Shown here piece after piece: positions 8,374-19,014 of a stretch of DNA of 64,000 nt. The position numbers were made by a program, and so were the translations under genes. Origin of the DNA: a virus. Taxonomy: Duplodnaviria > Heunggongvirae > Uroviricota > Caudoviricetes. The stretch is from IMG/VR virus record IMGVR_UViG_3300012269_000002, positions 18,407-82,406 of that record. One strand, 5' to 3'. The notes under the pieces were generated by a model, which searched no databases, was not told the origin of the DNA, and saw nothing but the letters and a program-made list of their open reading frames with translations. Positions within the stretch are counted from its first letter, which is position 1; the number at the start of each line of letters is the position of its first letter.

Positions 8374-11300
8374 ATGTCAAATAGTATAAACACATTATCA
8401 CCAAATTTCAGGGATTTTCTACTTGGTAGAAACATCATTAGTGATACTATTAAAAACAATGGATTATTACCACTTTTACAAACGGTTGCCAAACCAGTTG
8501 AAATATCCCGTGCTCCAGAAAGTATTTTACCATCAACGGATATTGAAGTTAATGGTGAGTTTTATAAAGATTTAAATATAATTGAGAATAAATTCCAAGG
8601 TACTGATGAACAGTACAGGTCAATTGATATTATAAAAACAAAGGGTAGTACTAATGAGTTTAGTGTTCGTGACAACTCTAATTTTTACCAACAATTAAAT
8701 ACAACACAAAACACTTATAAAGCTGAGGACGCAAACTACGTTGATGCTTCAATATATTTAAATAGTTCAAGTGCACCAATAATGCAAATGGGTCCGTATT
8801 TAGATGAATTCGGTAATTTAAATGTTGGTGGACCTTCAACACAAGCTTTAGATATAATCGGAAGTGTTTTAGGTGGTAACGGTATTGGTTTTTCAAATAC
8901 TGGAATTGATACTGGGTTTGATGTTAGAAGTTCATTAGCTGGTCGAGTTCTATCGTCCGCTGGGGTTATAAACGATACCAAGTTAGGTCAACTAAGTGTT
9001 GGGTTCTTGGCTACATCATTAGGTAATAACGTTGCCTTTAATATCCAACAACAATCATTAGGTAAGATTAATTTAAACCCATTAAGTTTAATAAAGGGTG
9101 ATAGTGTAATTAGACCAAATTTCAATATAACGGTAGCCAAGGGTACGTTAGGTACGGCAGTTGATTTATTGGAAAGAATACTTGGTTTTGAAACACCAGT
9201 TAGCTTACTTTCAAGGTCTTCTTCAATATTTGCTAGCGAGAGTGGAAATATAAGTACAATCGATAGGGCAAACTCGGTAATCCAAAATACTGGTAAAGGG
9301 CAAATTTTAAGCTTATTCGCTAACTTAAACTCCAACAGTAATGAAAATTTAATAGGTGAGAGAATAGGGTATGTTCCAAATTATGAAGACTCTAGAACAG
9401 AAAGAGGGTTTAATCAAGGACCACTTAATGCTGGAGTTTCATATGCGTTCAATAACACGGGTGCTTTAGGTAAATATTCAAGTGTTCTGATTGGTGGGTT
9501 TAATGATGATTTCGATGAATTTAAAAATTTATTTTTAGATAATAAATTTACTTGGATTGGTACTGGTTCAAATTCATTAACGTATAGTAGTAGTAATTTT
9601 GGGGTTAGTGATGTTCCAGGGGTAATTCCTGATTTTTCAGTTAAAAAAGGTTTATTATTTAAAACACAGGAATTGTTCAAAAATAAAAACATGAGAACCC
9701 TTACGGTTGGACATGGGGTTAGTATCGATGGTTCAACACAAACACAATCAGCAATAAATGCTGGGTTTATGTCCAAGGGTAGTGGGGTTTTAAGTGAGTC
9801 CGCATTAAACGGTACAGCAGATGCTTTGGACCCTAGTAGTGTATTTTGTAGAACTTGGACAACATATGATAGATATTCACAAGTTGGAGACTTACAGAAG
9901 AGTAGTGGTTTAGATGCTTTTGCCAGAATCAATGGTGAAGAGTATAGTAATTCAGTTTTAGATGATAATGGTTTCGTTAGAATAGGACCTTACAAGGGTG
10001 AAGAAATAAAAAAATTCATGTTCTCGATTGAAAACTTAGCTTGGGTGGGGCAATTAGATAAATTATTGGAATCCGAAAAGGGTGAAGGAGATTTACTAAC
10101 AGGAAATAAAGGAAGAATTATGTGGTTTCCACCATATGATATTACATTCAATGAGACAACATCGGTTAACTGGGATAAAAATAATTTTATAGGTAGAGGT
10201 GAACCAATTTATACTTATAACAATACTGAAAGAACTGGCACACTTAGTTGGAAAATCGTTGTTGACCATCCAAACTACATGAACTTTATGGAAGATTTAA
10301 GTAGTGATGAGATTAATTCATTTTTCTCTGGTTGTCTTAAGTCTAAGGGTATTAGAAATAGAATTTTAACAAATGATGAACAAAATAATATTTCAGTTGC
10401 TGAAAACTTTTCACAACCAGAGATAGTAAATAGTGAGACAATCCCAACAACGGTATTCAAGGTATATTTCGCTAATGATAATACAGATATACCAGATTTA
10501 TATGAAAATGGTTTAAAAAATGGTGTTTCAAATGAAAAGATAGATTATAACGAAACCCCATCTGGAATTGTTTCCGAGGAATTTAATTACGGTGTCGGAA
10601 CTACTTTAGGTCAAGGCCCAGTGGGTAGTGTCGGTAGGGTTTATAATGATAATACAAATTTCGGTTTAAATGGGCAAACAACCCCAATTGATGTTGATGG
10701 TGATGTATTTGAAGGATGGCAAGACCCAAAATTTATAACAAAAATAAACTCTTTCTTAAAAGAAAAATGTAGATTTTGTAAAATTAATATTGTTGGTTAT
10801 GCCAGTACTCCTGGAACTGTTAATAATAATTTAATATTATCACAAAGGAGGGCATCTAATATAAATAATTGGTTATTAAATACTAGTGGTATTATTAGTC
10901 CAGATGATGAATTTAGGGAAAAAAGGATAAGTGTAGAGTTTAGAGGTGCTGGTGAAACCGAGGCTGGTGGTCCTGGATGTGTTTTTGGTAGTGAAGATAG
11001 TGAACCATGTAAGCGTTCCAGAGTTGCATCTATTGAAATAGAATATGACCCTACACTAAAGGAGATTATTGAACCAACCGTAACAACGGTGGATTCAAAT
11101 TCACCAACGAGAACAAGTTTAATACCTTTATCCAGATTTTATAATGAATCACATTATTTTGAAAAATTAGAACAAACCGATAACTTTATCTATGATAATA
11201 TAAAACAAAAAATTAAACATTTTCACCCTGGTTTCCATTCAATAACACCAGAAGGGTTTAACTCTAGGCTTACATTTTTACAACAATGTACTAGACAAGG

Positions 11301-11826
11301 ACCTACTACTGGTTTATTAAATGAAAAAGGTGAGGGTGGTAATGTTACAAATCCTAACAATTTAGCTTTTGGTAGGCCACCAGTATGTATTCTTAGAATA
11401 GGTGATTTTTATCATACTAAAATTATAATCGATAATTTAACTTTTGATTATGACCCATTGGTCTGGGATTTAAATCCAGAAGGTGTTGGCGTACAACCTA
11501 TGATAGTAACGGTAAATATGAGTTTTGCGTTTATCGGTGGTTCCAGTTTGAACTCACCAATAAACCGATTACAAAATGCGGTATCGTTTAATTACTTTGC
11601 GAATACGGAAGTATATGACCCAAGAGCACAAAAAGTTAAAGTTAAAGCTGAATTAAAAGAAGGTGAAAAGGCTAGTGGTATGTTAATAAAGGGTACATTC
11701 CCAAATAGTGAAAACTTCATGGTTGATTCGGTTAGTGCTAAAGGAATAAATGTAGGTAATACAGAAATTGTTATTAGTCAAGATGCTATTTTAACAAGTA
11801 CACAAAATCAAATCGTTTCGGATTAA
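8374..11826 (+). CDS. Baseplate tube-initiator-like protein (two tube-like domains) with inserted OmpA-like domain
   Basis: Tube-like motifs MWFPPYDITFNETTSVNW..IGRGEPIYTYNNTERTGTLSW and RPPVCILRIGDF..IIIDNL.FDY..WDLNPE flank VYF.ND...IVGYAS...NLILSQRRA....W...GAGE...SRVASI. Confidence 0.65.
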   Translation: MSNSINTLSPNFRDFLLGRNIISDTIKNNGLLPLLQTVAKPVEISRAPESILPSTDIEVNGEFYKDLNIIENKFQGTDEQYRSIDIIKTKGSTNEFSVRDNSNFYQQLNTTQNTYKAEDANYVDASIYLNSSSAPIMQMGPYLDEFGNLNVGGPSTQALDIIGSVLGGNGIGFSNTGIDTGFDVRSSLAGRVLSSAGVINDTKLGQLSVGFLATSLGNNVAFNIQQQSLGKINLNPLSLIKGDSVIRPNFNITVAKGTLGTAVDLLERILGFETPVSLLSRSSSIFASESGNISTIDRANSVIQNTGKGQILSLFANLNSNSNENLIGERIGYVPNYEDSRTERGFNQGPLNAGVSYAFNNTGALGKYSSVLIGGFNDDFDEFKNLFLDNKFTWIGTGSNSLTYSSSNFGVSDVPGVIPDFSVKKGLLFKTQELFKNKNMRTLTVGHGVSIDGSTQTQSAINAGFMSKGSGVLSESALNGTADALDPSSVFCRTWTTYDRYSQVGDLQKSSGLDAFARINGEEYSNSVLDDNGFVRIGPYKGEEIKKFMFSIENLAWVGQLDKLLESEKGEGDLLTGNKGRIMWFPPYDITFNETTSVNWDKNNFIGRGEPIYTYNNTERTGTLSWKIVVDHPNYMNFMEDLSSDEINSFFSGCLKSKGIRNRILTNDEQNNISVAENFSQPEIVNSETIPTTVFKVYFANDNTDIPDLYENGLKNGVSNEKIDYNETPSGIVSEEFNYGVGTTLGQGPVGSVGRVYNDNTNFGLNGQTTPIDVDGDVFEGWQDPKFITKINSFLKEKCRFCKINIVGYASTPGTVNNNLILSQRRASNINNWLLNTSGIISPDDEFREKRISVEFRGAGETEAGGPGCVFGSEDSEPCKRSRVASIEIEYDPTLKEIIEPTVTTVDSNSPTRTSLIPLSRFYNESHYFEKLEQTDNFIYDNIKQKIKHFHPGFHSITPEGFNSRLTFLQQCTRQGPTTGLLNEKGEGGNVTNPNNLAFGRPPVCILRIGDFYHTKIIIDNLTFDYDPLVWDLNPEGVGVQPMIVTVNMSFAFIGGSSLNSPINRLQNAVSFNYFANTEVYDPRAQKVKVKAELKEGEKASGMLIKGTFPNSENFMVDSVSAKGINVGNTEIVISQDAILTSTQNQIVSD

Positions 11827-11837
11827 AAATAAATATT

Positions 11838-12155
11838 ATGGCAAATTATTTTGATAGATATAGTAAATTCAGTGAAAACGGTATAATAAAACCAATACCT
11901 GGTTTAAAAATACCACCAGAAAGTACTGATAAAAATGTTGTTTATAAGTTAGGTGAAACAAGGCTTGACATTTTAAGTCAAACGTATTATACTAATCCGT
12001 ATCATGGTTTTTTAATAATGTTAGCAAACCCACAATACGGTGGTTTAGAATTTAACATAAAAAACAATGATATTATTAGGGTTCCATTTCCTTTTGATTC
12101 TGCAATTGAAAGATATTTAAACTCTGTACAGATTTATAAAAAATTATATGGCTAA
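11838..12155 (+). CDS. Baseplate wedge protein, LysM-like (T4 gp53 / P2 gpX-like)
   Basis: 105 aa; YKLGETRLDILSQTYY....GFLIMLANP....I...IRVP pattern; syntenic position. Confidence 0.75.
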   Translation: MANYFDRYSKFSENGIIKPIPGLKIPPESTDKNVVYKLGETRLDILSQTYYTNPYHGFLIMLANPQYGGLEFNIKNNDIIRVPFPFDSAIERYLNSVQIYKKLYG

Positions 12156-15100
12156 GAAAATAACACAAGATAGATTATTATATTACGAACCAAATCCAGA
12201 TGATAATGTATTAATACCAAATGAGGATATTAGTATATTCGTTGAGTTGGAAACAATGAGTAAAACTAGGTCTATGATTAGGGTTAATACTGTTGATGGT
12301 ACTGGTAAAATAGTAAATAATGGTGAAAAGAACGGTGTAATAAATTTTATAGATGGGGCTAAAGAAAATAAGGAACAATTCTTATCTACCAACTATACGG
12401 TAAACGATTCCGATTTCGATAATGATGGTGATACCCTAGGTATTGAAAGTATTGATATAGAATTTGATACTGCATATACCCCATTGGTAAAAATAAAATT
12501 TATAGATGTTAGGGGCCAATCAATTTTAACAAAGGGGAATAATTCAAAATATAGGGTATTTTTTGAATTACCATACCCAACATTCAATTTAACGGTAAAG
12601 GGTTTCTATGGTAGACCAGTTTCTTATTGTTTACATTTACTTAAATGGAACGCAAAATTTAATTCAAATACTGGCAATTTTGAAATAGATGCTGAATTTA
12701 TAGGTTATACTTATGCTAAGTTGACCGATTTATTAATTGGGTATATTAGGGCAACGGTACAAACCGAAGAAGGTTCTAAGATATTCAATAAATTAAAGGA
12801 AGAAGAGTTGGCCAAGGGTATTGAAATTAAAACCATTGATGAATATTTAGTTGACATCGATAAAATATCCGATGAATTTGAAAAATTAAAAAGTCAGAAC
12901 GAAAATATAAAAGAGGTTAATACAATTGATTTAATTAGAGATGGTCTAACAAGTATTAGGCGTGAAATAACTAGCCTTACCACGTTTATGGTCGGTAAGG
13001 GTACAACTAATTTTAATAATGGTTCTGGTGTTTTGGGTGTTGATGTGACCAATATTTTTGAAATTGATAATAATATAATAAAGACTAGAAAAAAAATAAA
13101 GGAAATTGTTGATGACCCAGAAAGTGGTCTAAATATTAAAATAGGTATAACTAACTTAACCATTAGCTCTACTAATTTGACCTCTATGATTAAATTAAGT
13201 GGTTTAAAAAATTCAGACTTCAATACAACTGAAAGTGGTGTTGAAGCTATTACTCAAAAAACCCCTAACATATATTCAATCGTTGATACAACCCCTATAA
13301 CTCAATTATCTAAATCTGTTAAGAATTCTTTATCAAATAGTAATACGGATAAAGAATTAGTCGTATATGATTTTAGAAGGATTTTTGTTGAATTAAACTC
13401 AATAGAGGGTAAATTAAATACACTCGAAAGTGAACTTAGAAATAAAATTGGTACTGATTTAGCTAACATAGCTAAAACTAAATTAAATTTCGACCCTACA
13501 ATTAGGAATATAATAAGAATTTTTACAATACATTGTGAAGTGTTTTTAAAAACATTACATAAGGTGTCCAATGATGCGGTATTTGGTCCTAATGCTAGTG
13601 ATAGGTTAGAAGTTTTAAATAAAGTTGGATTGAATGAAAAAAATAGTGATTTCAAATCGACATCACCAATATACCCATGGTTCGAGTATAGGGAGGCCAG
13701 TAATGATGAAGGTTTCTTTGAGACTTGGGTTGGTAGTAAAATTAATAGTGACGATACGAATAAAGTTAACGAAGTTTTATTTGTTGAAGATTTATTAGAT
13801 AAATTAGTTCAATTAGGTAGAATAGATGAACAATCCGAGTTAACCTCAAATAATGATTTAGATTTTTATCCAGTCTCGGTATTAGATACTTTTGTTTCTG
13901 GAAATATAAGTGAAAACCCATATTTAACGGCACTAACATCACAAAGGGATAAGACTAGAACAACCCCAGAAGAACTTATTAGATGTTTACTCCTTAGAGG
14001 CTTTCTAGCTCTAGGTTTTAACAATGAAAATTATGGTAGACAATTAGTCTCTTTTATGGGTGAATTGGAAGCATATAACGTATTCAGCGCATTTGGTAAA
14101 ATGAGTTTTAATAAAGTTAATGACTTAATAAATTCGGTTAGACCAAGAAGTAGTGATATTGAAATTAAAATAAAAGAAACTATTGATATTGGTAAGACTA
14201 AATTTAAACGCCCTATACTATTAGACGGTGAAGAAGATAGTTTTTATACTTATAATTATATTTTTGATTCATCAAACGGTAGAGCGTATTTACCAATTAA
14301 TGGTGGATTCGATGGTGAAATATTTTATGAAAATCCTAGTGATAATTTAAATAAACTTAAAAGTTTATCTAGTATTAATAGTTTGACGGATACATATACA
14401 TTTACAAATAATATAAGTAATAGTAGTGTTAATGGGTTAGATATTATTGAAGATGGTTCAGTTTTCTTTAAAATTTTAGAAGATGGGGAATATGAAGGTT
14501 TATCTAATAGAGTCAACAATGGTATAGAACTTTTAGGTCCAGATGGTGCGTATAGAGGATTAATAGCGTTAGATTCTGTTATAGAGGAAGGTAGTATATA
14601 TAATAATGTTTATAAAAATGAAACATTATTAACTCCAAACCCGTATGATGGTAATTTAAAAGCTCAAGAAATATTTAATATTCAATATAAAGATGGTAGC
14701 GTTGAAAATGTGTTAAAAGCCTATTGGTATGTTGAAAATAGGTCTTCATTGACTGGTCTATTCAGTAATGAAAATACTGTTGGTGGAACTTATCTTACTA
14801 AATTATCAAATGAAAACGAATTAAAAAAAATTACGGATTCTACTTTTGAAAATAAAGATTTATTAGAAACAAATTCATTAGGTAATACTAGGTTATCCGC
14901 TAGAATAATTCCTGGCAAATGGGGTGACCAAAAAAACTTAATGATGGATTTGGTTAATGAAGTGGATGTTAATTTAATTTATACACCATATATTGAATTT
15001 TCATCAACTAAAGAAGGTGGTGAAACTAATAATGGTTTTAGTTTGTTCGGTAGTGAATTTTATAATAATCAAAAATTAATTGAAGCTAAAGCATTTTTAT

Positions 15101-17745
15101 TCTTACATACATTTTCTTGGGAGGGAGTAATAGGTAAGGTTGGTGAAGATGTTAGTCTATTTGATAAAATAACAAATGATGAAAACCCAACAATAAAGGG
15201 TTTATTCAATAACTATAGTTCTTTTATAAAAGCCCCTAAATTATGGTGTGCGTTTATTGGTGGTCTTATATATAGATATGAATTAGGTGAATTAGGTGAG
15301 GATATTATTAATTTTAATGATAATCTAATCCCATTTCAAACAGATTCATCAATTTTACCAAAACATGATGAATTCTTATATTCAATTGATGATGCTGGTA
15401 TTATTGATAGGTCAATGTTTGGTATGACGTTTGAACCACAGGACGGTAATTATGCCAAATTGGATAAGGTAATAAAAAACTTACCTTTTAAAGTTAGAAG
15501 TGAATTTAAGCGTATTTTTACCTCATTCGTTGATAGAGAGTTTTTAACAATAGCTAGTGAATTAGAAGTTTGGAACGATACCTATGGGGTTTCGTTCAAT
15601 ACCCTATGGGATAATTTAAATGAATTAAATAGTTCTTCTACTTCAATGGTGGATAATATAAGTAAATCTAGTATTAGAGATATTATGGGTATTAGAGGTA
15701 ATGATGTATATAAAAACTATATATTGGTATTACCCTCAACTAATCCTAGGGATATTAATAATAAAGAATATAAAAAATTAAAACAAATAAATCTATTACT
15801 TAAACCTAATACTTTAGTTTCTAATTTAATTAATAAATTAATAAGTAGTAGTTACATTATACAAAATGGTGCTCCTAGAGTATTTTTGGATAGAACCAGT
15901 TTTAATGATGATAAATATACCTCAATAGGTGTTGATAAAGATGATTATAACGCATACTTAGAAGGTTTTCTAACTAGATTTGAGAAATTGTCGGAAGATT
16001 GGGAAAAAAATGGGAACCCAGAAATAGATGACATACAACAAAAGATATTTAATTCAATAGATGATGATTTAATAAAATTAACATTATACAGGTCTTTAGG
16101 GGCAATTTATAATAAATGGGTGGCTGGAACCGATGATGCTATAACTAGTGAATGTGGTTTTAACACAAATATTATAGATTCATTTAAATTCCTTGATAGG
16201 TCATTCAACGATATAGGTGATAAATTTTATATCAACCCAACCGTTGTTGCGGATTTAATCAGGTTTAATTATAATCAAAGTTTTTTTGATATAGTTAATA
16301 AAATTTTGAGTGATAATAATTTTAACTTTATCCCATTACCGTCATTTGTTAATTTTACCAAAATGGATGAATTAGTTGATATGTTTACACCGTTCCCATA
16401 TAACGATACCCTTGAAGATAAAATAGTTGGGCCAGCGTTTATATGTACATACACTGGACAATTATCAACAAACCTAGATTTAGGTGATAGTTACGAGCAC
16501 ATTGACGATGGTATTTATATAAGTGAGGATAGTGATGGTAAAATTACTGGAATACCAGAGGATTTTAAAGGTGTTGATGATGATTCATTAAATATACCCA
16601 TGATTGGTGTATCTTATGGTCAACAAAATCAAAGTTTCTTTAAGGATATAGCCCTTGACCAAAGGGAATTTACGGAAACATCTGAAACATTACAGGTAAT
16701 TGAAAATATATCAAATAGTGGAGATAAAAGAAAAGCCGCATCCGTTGGACAAAATTTAATGAATATTTACCAAACTAGGTCATATTCTGCCGAGGTTGAA
16801 ATGATGGGTAACGCAATGATTCAACCAATGATGTACTTCCAATTAAACAACATACCAATGTTTAGAGGTGCTTATATGATTCTTAAGGTAACCCATAGCA
16901 TTAAAGCTAACAGTATGACAACTAAATTTAAGGGTGTTAGAATTAAAAAACCTAAAACCAAGTTAGTTGATGCACCAACATTATTTATGCAATTATTAGG
17001 TTCATTAAAATCATTTGGTACTGCTAATGGTATTTCAGATGGTACGGTGGATAGTAGAGACCCATTTGTGGTTAGAGTAGGTTCAGCTGCAACTAGAGGT
17101 GCAAAAACATCTATTTCATGTGGTGTTGTTACTAAAAGTGTTAATGATTTTAATACTGTTTTAAAATTAGTTATTGATTATTTAGAGGGTTCGTATTGTT
17201 CTGGAGGTTTAAATTGTGGTAGTGAAGCAAGTGGTGAAACGTTATGGGGTTTAGATAGGAAAAACCAAAGTAGACCTAATGATGAATTTTGGGCCTTGGT
17301 CGATGCCAAAAAAAATGGTACAAATGGTGTTGGGGTTTTTAACGCAAGATATCCCAAACCAAAAGATGAACCAGAATTATTTGAAATTTTCTCAAGGGTA
17401 ATAAAATTGGATTACGAAAGATTTAAGAAAAATTATTTTAAAAGTGCACCAAATGTTGCGGATATAGTTGAAACAGATGGTAGATTATATTTTAATATGA
17501 TTTATGGTGTATTTAATGGTGCTGGATTCTTTAAGGGTTATGCTCAAGTATTAATAATAGCGTATAATCAAAATAACGGTATAACAACCGATGAATTAAC
17601 AAAAGTATTTGTTGATGAAAGATTGGGTGGTGCGGTAAATGCATTTAGATTAGGTACTGGTGGTAAGAAAATAGGCAGAGGGTCAATGGAATTGATTGCG
17701 AACACAGGTATTGATATCGAAAAAATAGTAGGGTTAAATTGTTAA
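12148..17745 (+). CDS. Baseplate hub protein (gp27/gpD-like) with C-terminal lysozyme-like domain
   Basis: LGIESIDIEF...VKIKFIDVRG at N-terminus; SYSAEVEMMGNAMIQP..YFQL....F.G.Y.I.KVTHSI hub C-terminal signature; terminal IDYLEGSY...SGETLWGLDRK. Confidence 0.7.
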   Translation: MAKKITQDRLLYYEPNPDDNVLIPNEDISIFVELETMSKTRSMIRVNTVDGTGKIVNNGEKNGVINFIDGAKENKEQFLSTNYTVNDSDFDNDGDTLGIESIDIEFDTAYTPLVKIKFIDVRGQSILTKGNNSKYRVFFELPYPTFNLTVKGFYGRPVSYCLHLLKWNAKFNSNTGNFEIDAEFIGYTYAKLTDLLIGYIRATVQTEEGSKIFNKLKEEELAKGIEIKTIDEYLVDIDKISDEFEKLKSQNENIKEVNTIDLIRDGLTSIRREITSLTTFMVGKGTTNFNNGSGVLGVDVTNIFEIDNNIIKTRKKIKEIVDDPESGLNIKIGITNLTISSTNLTSMIKLSGLKNSDFNTTESGVEAITQKTPNIYSIVDTTPITQLSKSVKNSLSNSNTDKELVVYDFRRIFVELNSIEGKLNTLESELRNKIGTDLANIAKTKLNFDPTIRNIIRIFTIHCEVFLKTLHKVSNDAVFGPNASDRLEVLNKVGLNEKNSDFKSTSPIYPWFEYREASNDEGFFETWVGSKINSDDTNKVNEVLFVEDLLDKLVQLGRIDEQSELTSNNDLDFYPVSVLDTFVSGNISENPYLTALTSQRDKTRTTPEELIRCLLLRGFLALGFNNENYGRQLVSFMGELEAYNVFSAFGKMSFNKVNDLINSVRPRSSDIEIKIKETIDIGKTKFKRPILLDGEEDSFYTYNYIFDSSNGRAYLPINGGFDGEIFYENPSDNLNKLKSLSSINSLTDTYTFTNNISNSSVNGLDIIEDGSVFFKILEDGEYEGLSNRVNNGIELLGPDGAYRGLIALDSVIEEGSIYNNVYKNETLLTPNPYDGNLKAQEIFNIQYKDGSVENVLKAYWYVENRSSLTGLFSNENTVGGTYLTKLSNENELKKITDSTFENKDLLETNSLGNTRLSARIIPGKWGDQKNLMMDLVNEVDVNLIYTPYIEFSSTKEGGETNNGFSLFGSEFYNNQKLIEAKAFLFLHTFSWEGVIGKVGEDVSLFDKITNDENPTIKGLFNNYSSFIKAPKLWCAFIGGLIYRYELGELGEDIINFNDNLIPFQTDSSILPKHDEFLYSIDDAGIIDRSMFGMTFEPQDGNYAKLDKVIKNLPFKVRSEFKRIFTSFVDREFLTIASELEVWNDTYGVSFNTLWDNLNELNSSSTSMVDNISKSSIRDIMGIRGNDVYKNYILVLPSTNPRDINNKEYKKLKQINLLLKPNTLVSNLINKLISSSYIIQNGAPRVFLDRTSFNDDKYTSIGVDKDDYNAYLEGFLTRFEKLSEDWEKNGNPEIDDIQQKIFNSIDDDLIKLTLYRSLGAIYNKWVAGTDDAITSECGFNTNIIDSFKFLDRSFNDIGDKFYINPTVVADLIRFNYNQSFFDIVNKILSDNNFNFIPLPSFVNFTKMDELVDMFTPFPYNDTLEDKIVGPAFICTYTGQLSTNLDLGDSYEHIDDGIYISEDSDGKITGIPEDFKGVDDDSLNIPMIGVSYGQQNQSFFKDIALDQREFTETSETLQVIENISNSGDKRKAASVGQNLMNIYQTRSYSAEVEMMGNAMIQPMMYFQLNNIPMFRGAYMILKVTHSIKANSMTTKFKGVRIKKPKTKLVDAPTLFMQLLGSLKSFGTANGISDGTVDSRDPFVVRVGSAATRGAKTSISCGVVTKSVNDFNTVLKLVIDYLEGSYCSGGLNCGSEASGETLWGLDRKNQSRPNDEFWALVDAKKNGTNGVGVFNARYPKPKDEPELFEIFSRVIKLDYERFKKNYFKSAPNVADIVETDGRLYFNMIYGVFNGAGFFKGYAQVLIIAYNQNNGITTDELTKVFVDERLGGAVNAFRLGTGGKKIGRGSMELIANTGIDIEKIVGLNC

Positions 17746-17746
17746 A

Positions 17747-17777
17747 TTGTTTATTAAAAATAATTTAACTATATTTG
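17747..17777 (+). promoter_or_regulatory. Bacteroidota-type promoter
   Basis: TTG 17747-17749, 20 nt, TATATTTG 17770-17777, ATG 17782. Confidence 0.7.
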
Positions 17778-17781
17778 TAAC

Positions 17782-18381
17782 ATGAAAATAGCGAACATAG
17801 TTATAGACACACCAATAAAGGTTAATAATAAATTTAATGTGGTCGATTCCTTTGATAAAATAATCAAGGGAATCCCAACATTATTGGTTGGGTTAAATCA
17901 CGTTAGAAATATAGACCCAAAACCAGATTTCTTAGATAGGAAATTATCCGAAGATGTTTATTGGACATTCAGCAAAAAAGAAAAAAGGGTCCTATTTGAA
18001 GAGGACCTATTCTATTTCACGGAAGCCATTTATAAAAATATAATCAAAAAAACAAAGTATAGATTCATTGATTTAATTCTCACAAATTCGAGTGAGATTT
18101 TACTTATACTTTCTGAAATTAATAAAATTAAGAAAATTATTACATTAAAGCATAAAAATATGTTGTATATTTATGGTGATAATATTATCTTCGGTTTTGA
18201 TTTAAAACAAGTTACGTTCATTGGGTCCGATACTATTAAGTTAATTGATTTAATCAAGAACTTATCTGACGTGTTTTTGGAGGATGATAACATACTTATA
18301 GAGTATAATAATGATTTGGAAATGTTTAATTATGAAACTAAATATATCCCGATATTATACACTATGAACCAAGATGAATAG
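17782..18381 (+). CDS. Hypothetical protein
   Basis: 199-aa ORF with its own promoter; no motif recognised. Confidence 0.7.
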   Translation: MKIANIVIDTPIKVNNKFNVVDSFDKIIKGIPTLLVGLNHVRNIDPKPDFLDRKLSEDVYWTFSKKEKRVLFEEDLFYFTEAIYKNIIKKTKYRFIDLILTNSSEILLILSEINKIKKIITLKHKNMLYIYGDNIIFGFDLKQVTFIGSDTIKLIDLIKNLSDVFLEDDNILIEYNNDLEMFNYETKYIPILYTMNQDE

Positions 18382-18775
18382 AACAATTTTATTAGCATCC
18401 TTTATGGGTACTAAAGATATAGATATTTTTTTTAAAAAGCTTAAAGATAAATATAACATTCAGAAAACGAAAGTATTCGTATTTGAACATGTAGACGACC
18501 CCACTAAATTAATCGTAACATTTAAATTAGTAATTAAAAATAATATAAGGTTCAATATTAAGAAAGACCTACCAAACTCAATATTAATTCACAAAAGAGG
18601 TACGGCAATCTATACAATCAACGCCCTTAATAAATTAATAGAAAATACCCACCCAGAAACATTGGGAAACATTAATTATAGTTCGGTTAAAATAGATTGG
18701 TCCGAATTTCAAAATAAATTACTTACCTTTTATAATGATGAATTAAAGATATGTGATATAAAACGTATTTTTTAA
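18374..18775 (+). CDS. Hypothetical protein
   Basis: 133-aa ORF overlapping the upstream stop codon. Confidence 0.7.
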   Translation: MNRTILLASFMGTKDIDIFFKKLKDKYNIQKTKVFVFEHVDDPTKLIVTFKLVIKNNIRFNIKKDLPNSILIHKRGTAIYTINALNKLIENTHPETLGNINYSSVKIDWSEFQNKLLTFYNDELKICDIKRIF

Positions 18776-18822
18776 CTTTTCACCATATTTATTAGTATAA
18801 CAAAAGTATTAATATTAATATT

Positions 18823-19002
18823 ATGGATAATAAAAAAAACATTAAAGATAGTGTTAATTCGTTTTTAGGTGAAGATGAAAAAACATTAGAACAAGAAATG
18901 GATTGTTCTTCGGGCACTTGTGTAATCAAGAGCGATAAAAGCTTAGTAGAAAGAATTAACAAAACAATAATAACTGAGGACGGTAGACAACTATTGTTTT
19001 AA
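18823..19002 (+). CDS. Small hypothetical protein (59 aa, below ORF-track cutoff)
   Basis: MDNKKNIKDSVNSFLGEDEKTLEQEMDCSSGTCVIKSDKSLVERINKTIITEDGRQLLF*. It fills the gap between genes and is preceded by TATTTAT (18786). Confidence 0.7.
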   Translation: MDNKKNIKDSVNSFLGEDEKTLEQEMDCSSGTCVIKSDKSLVERINKTIITEDGRQLLF

Positions 19003-19014
19003 TACATAAAGGAA

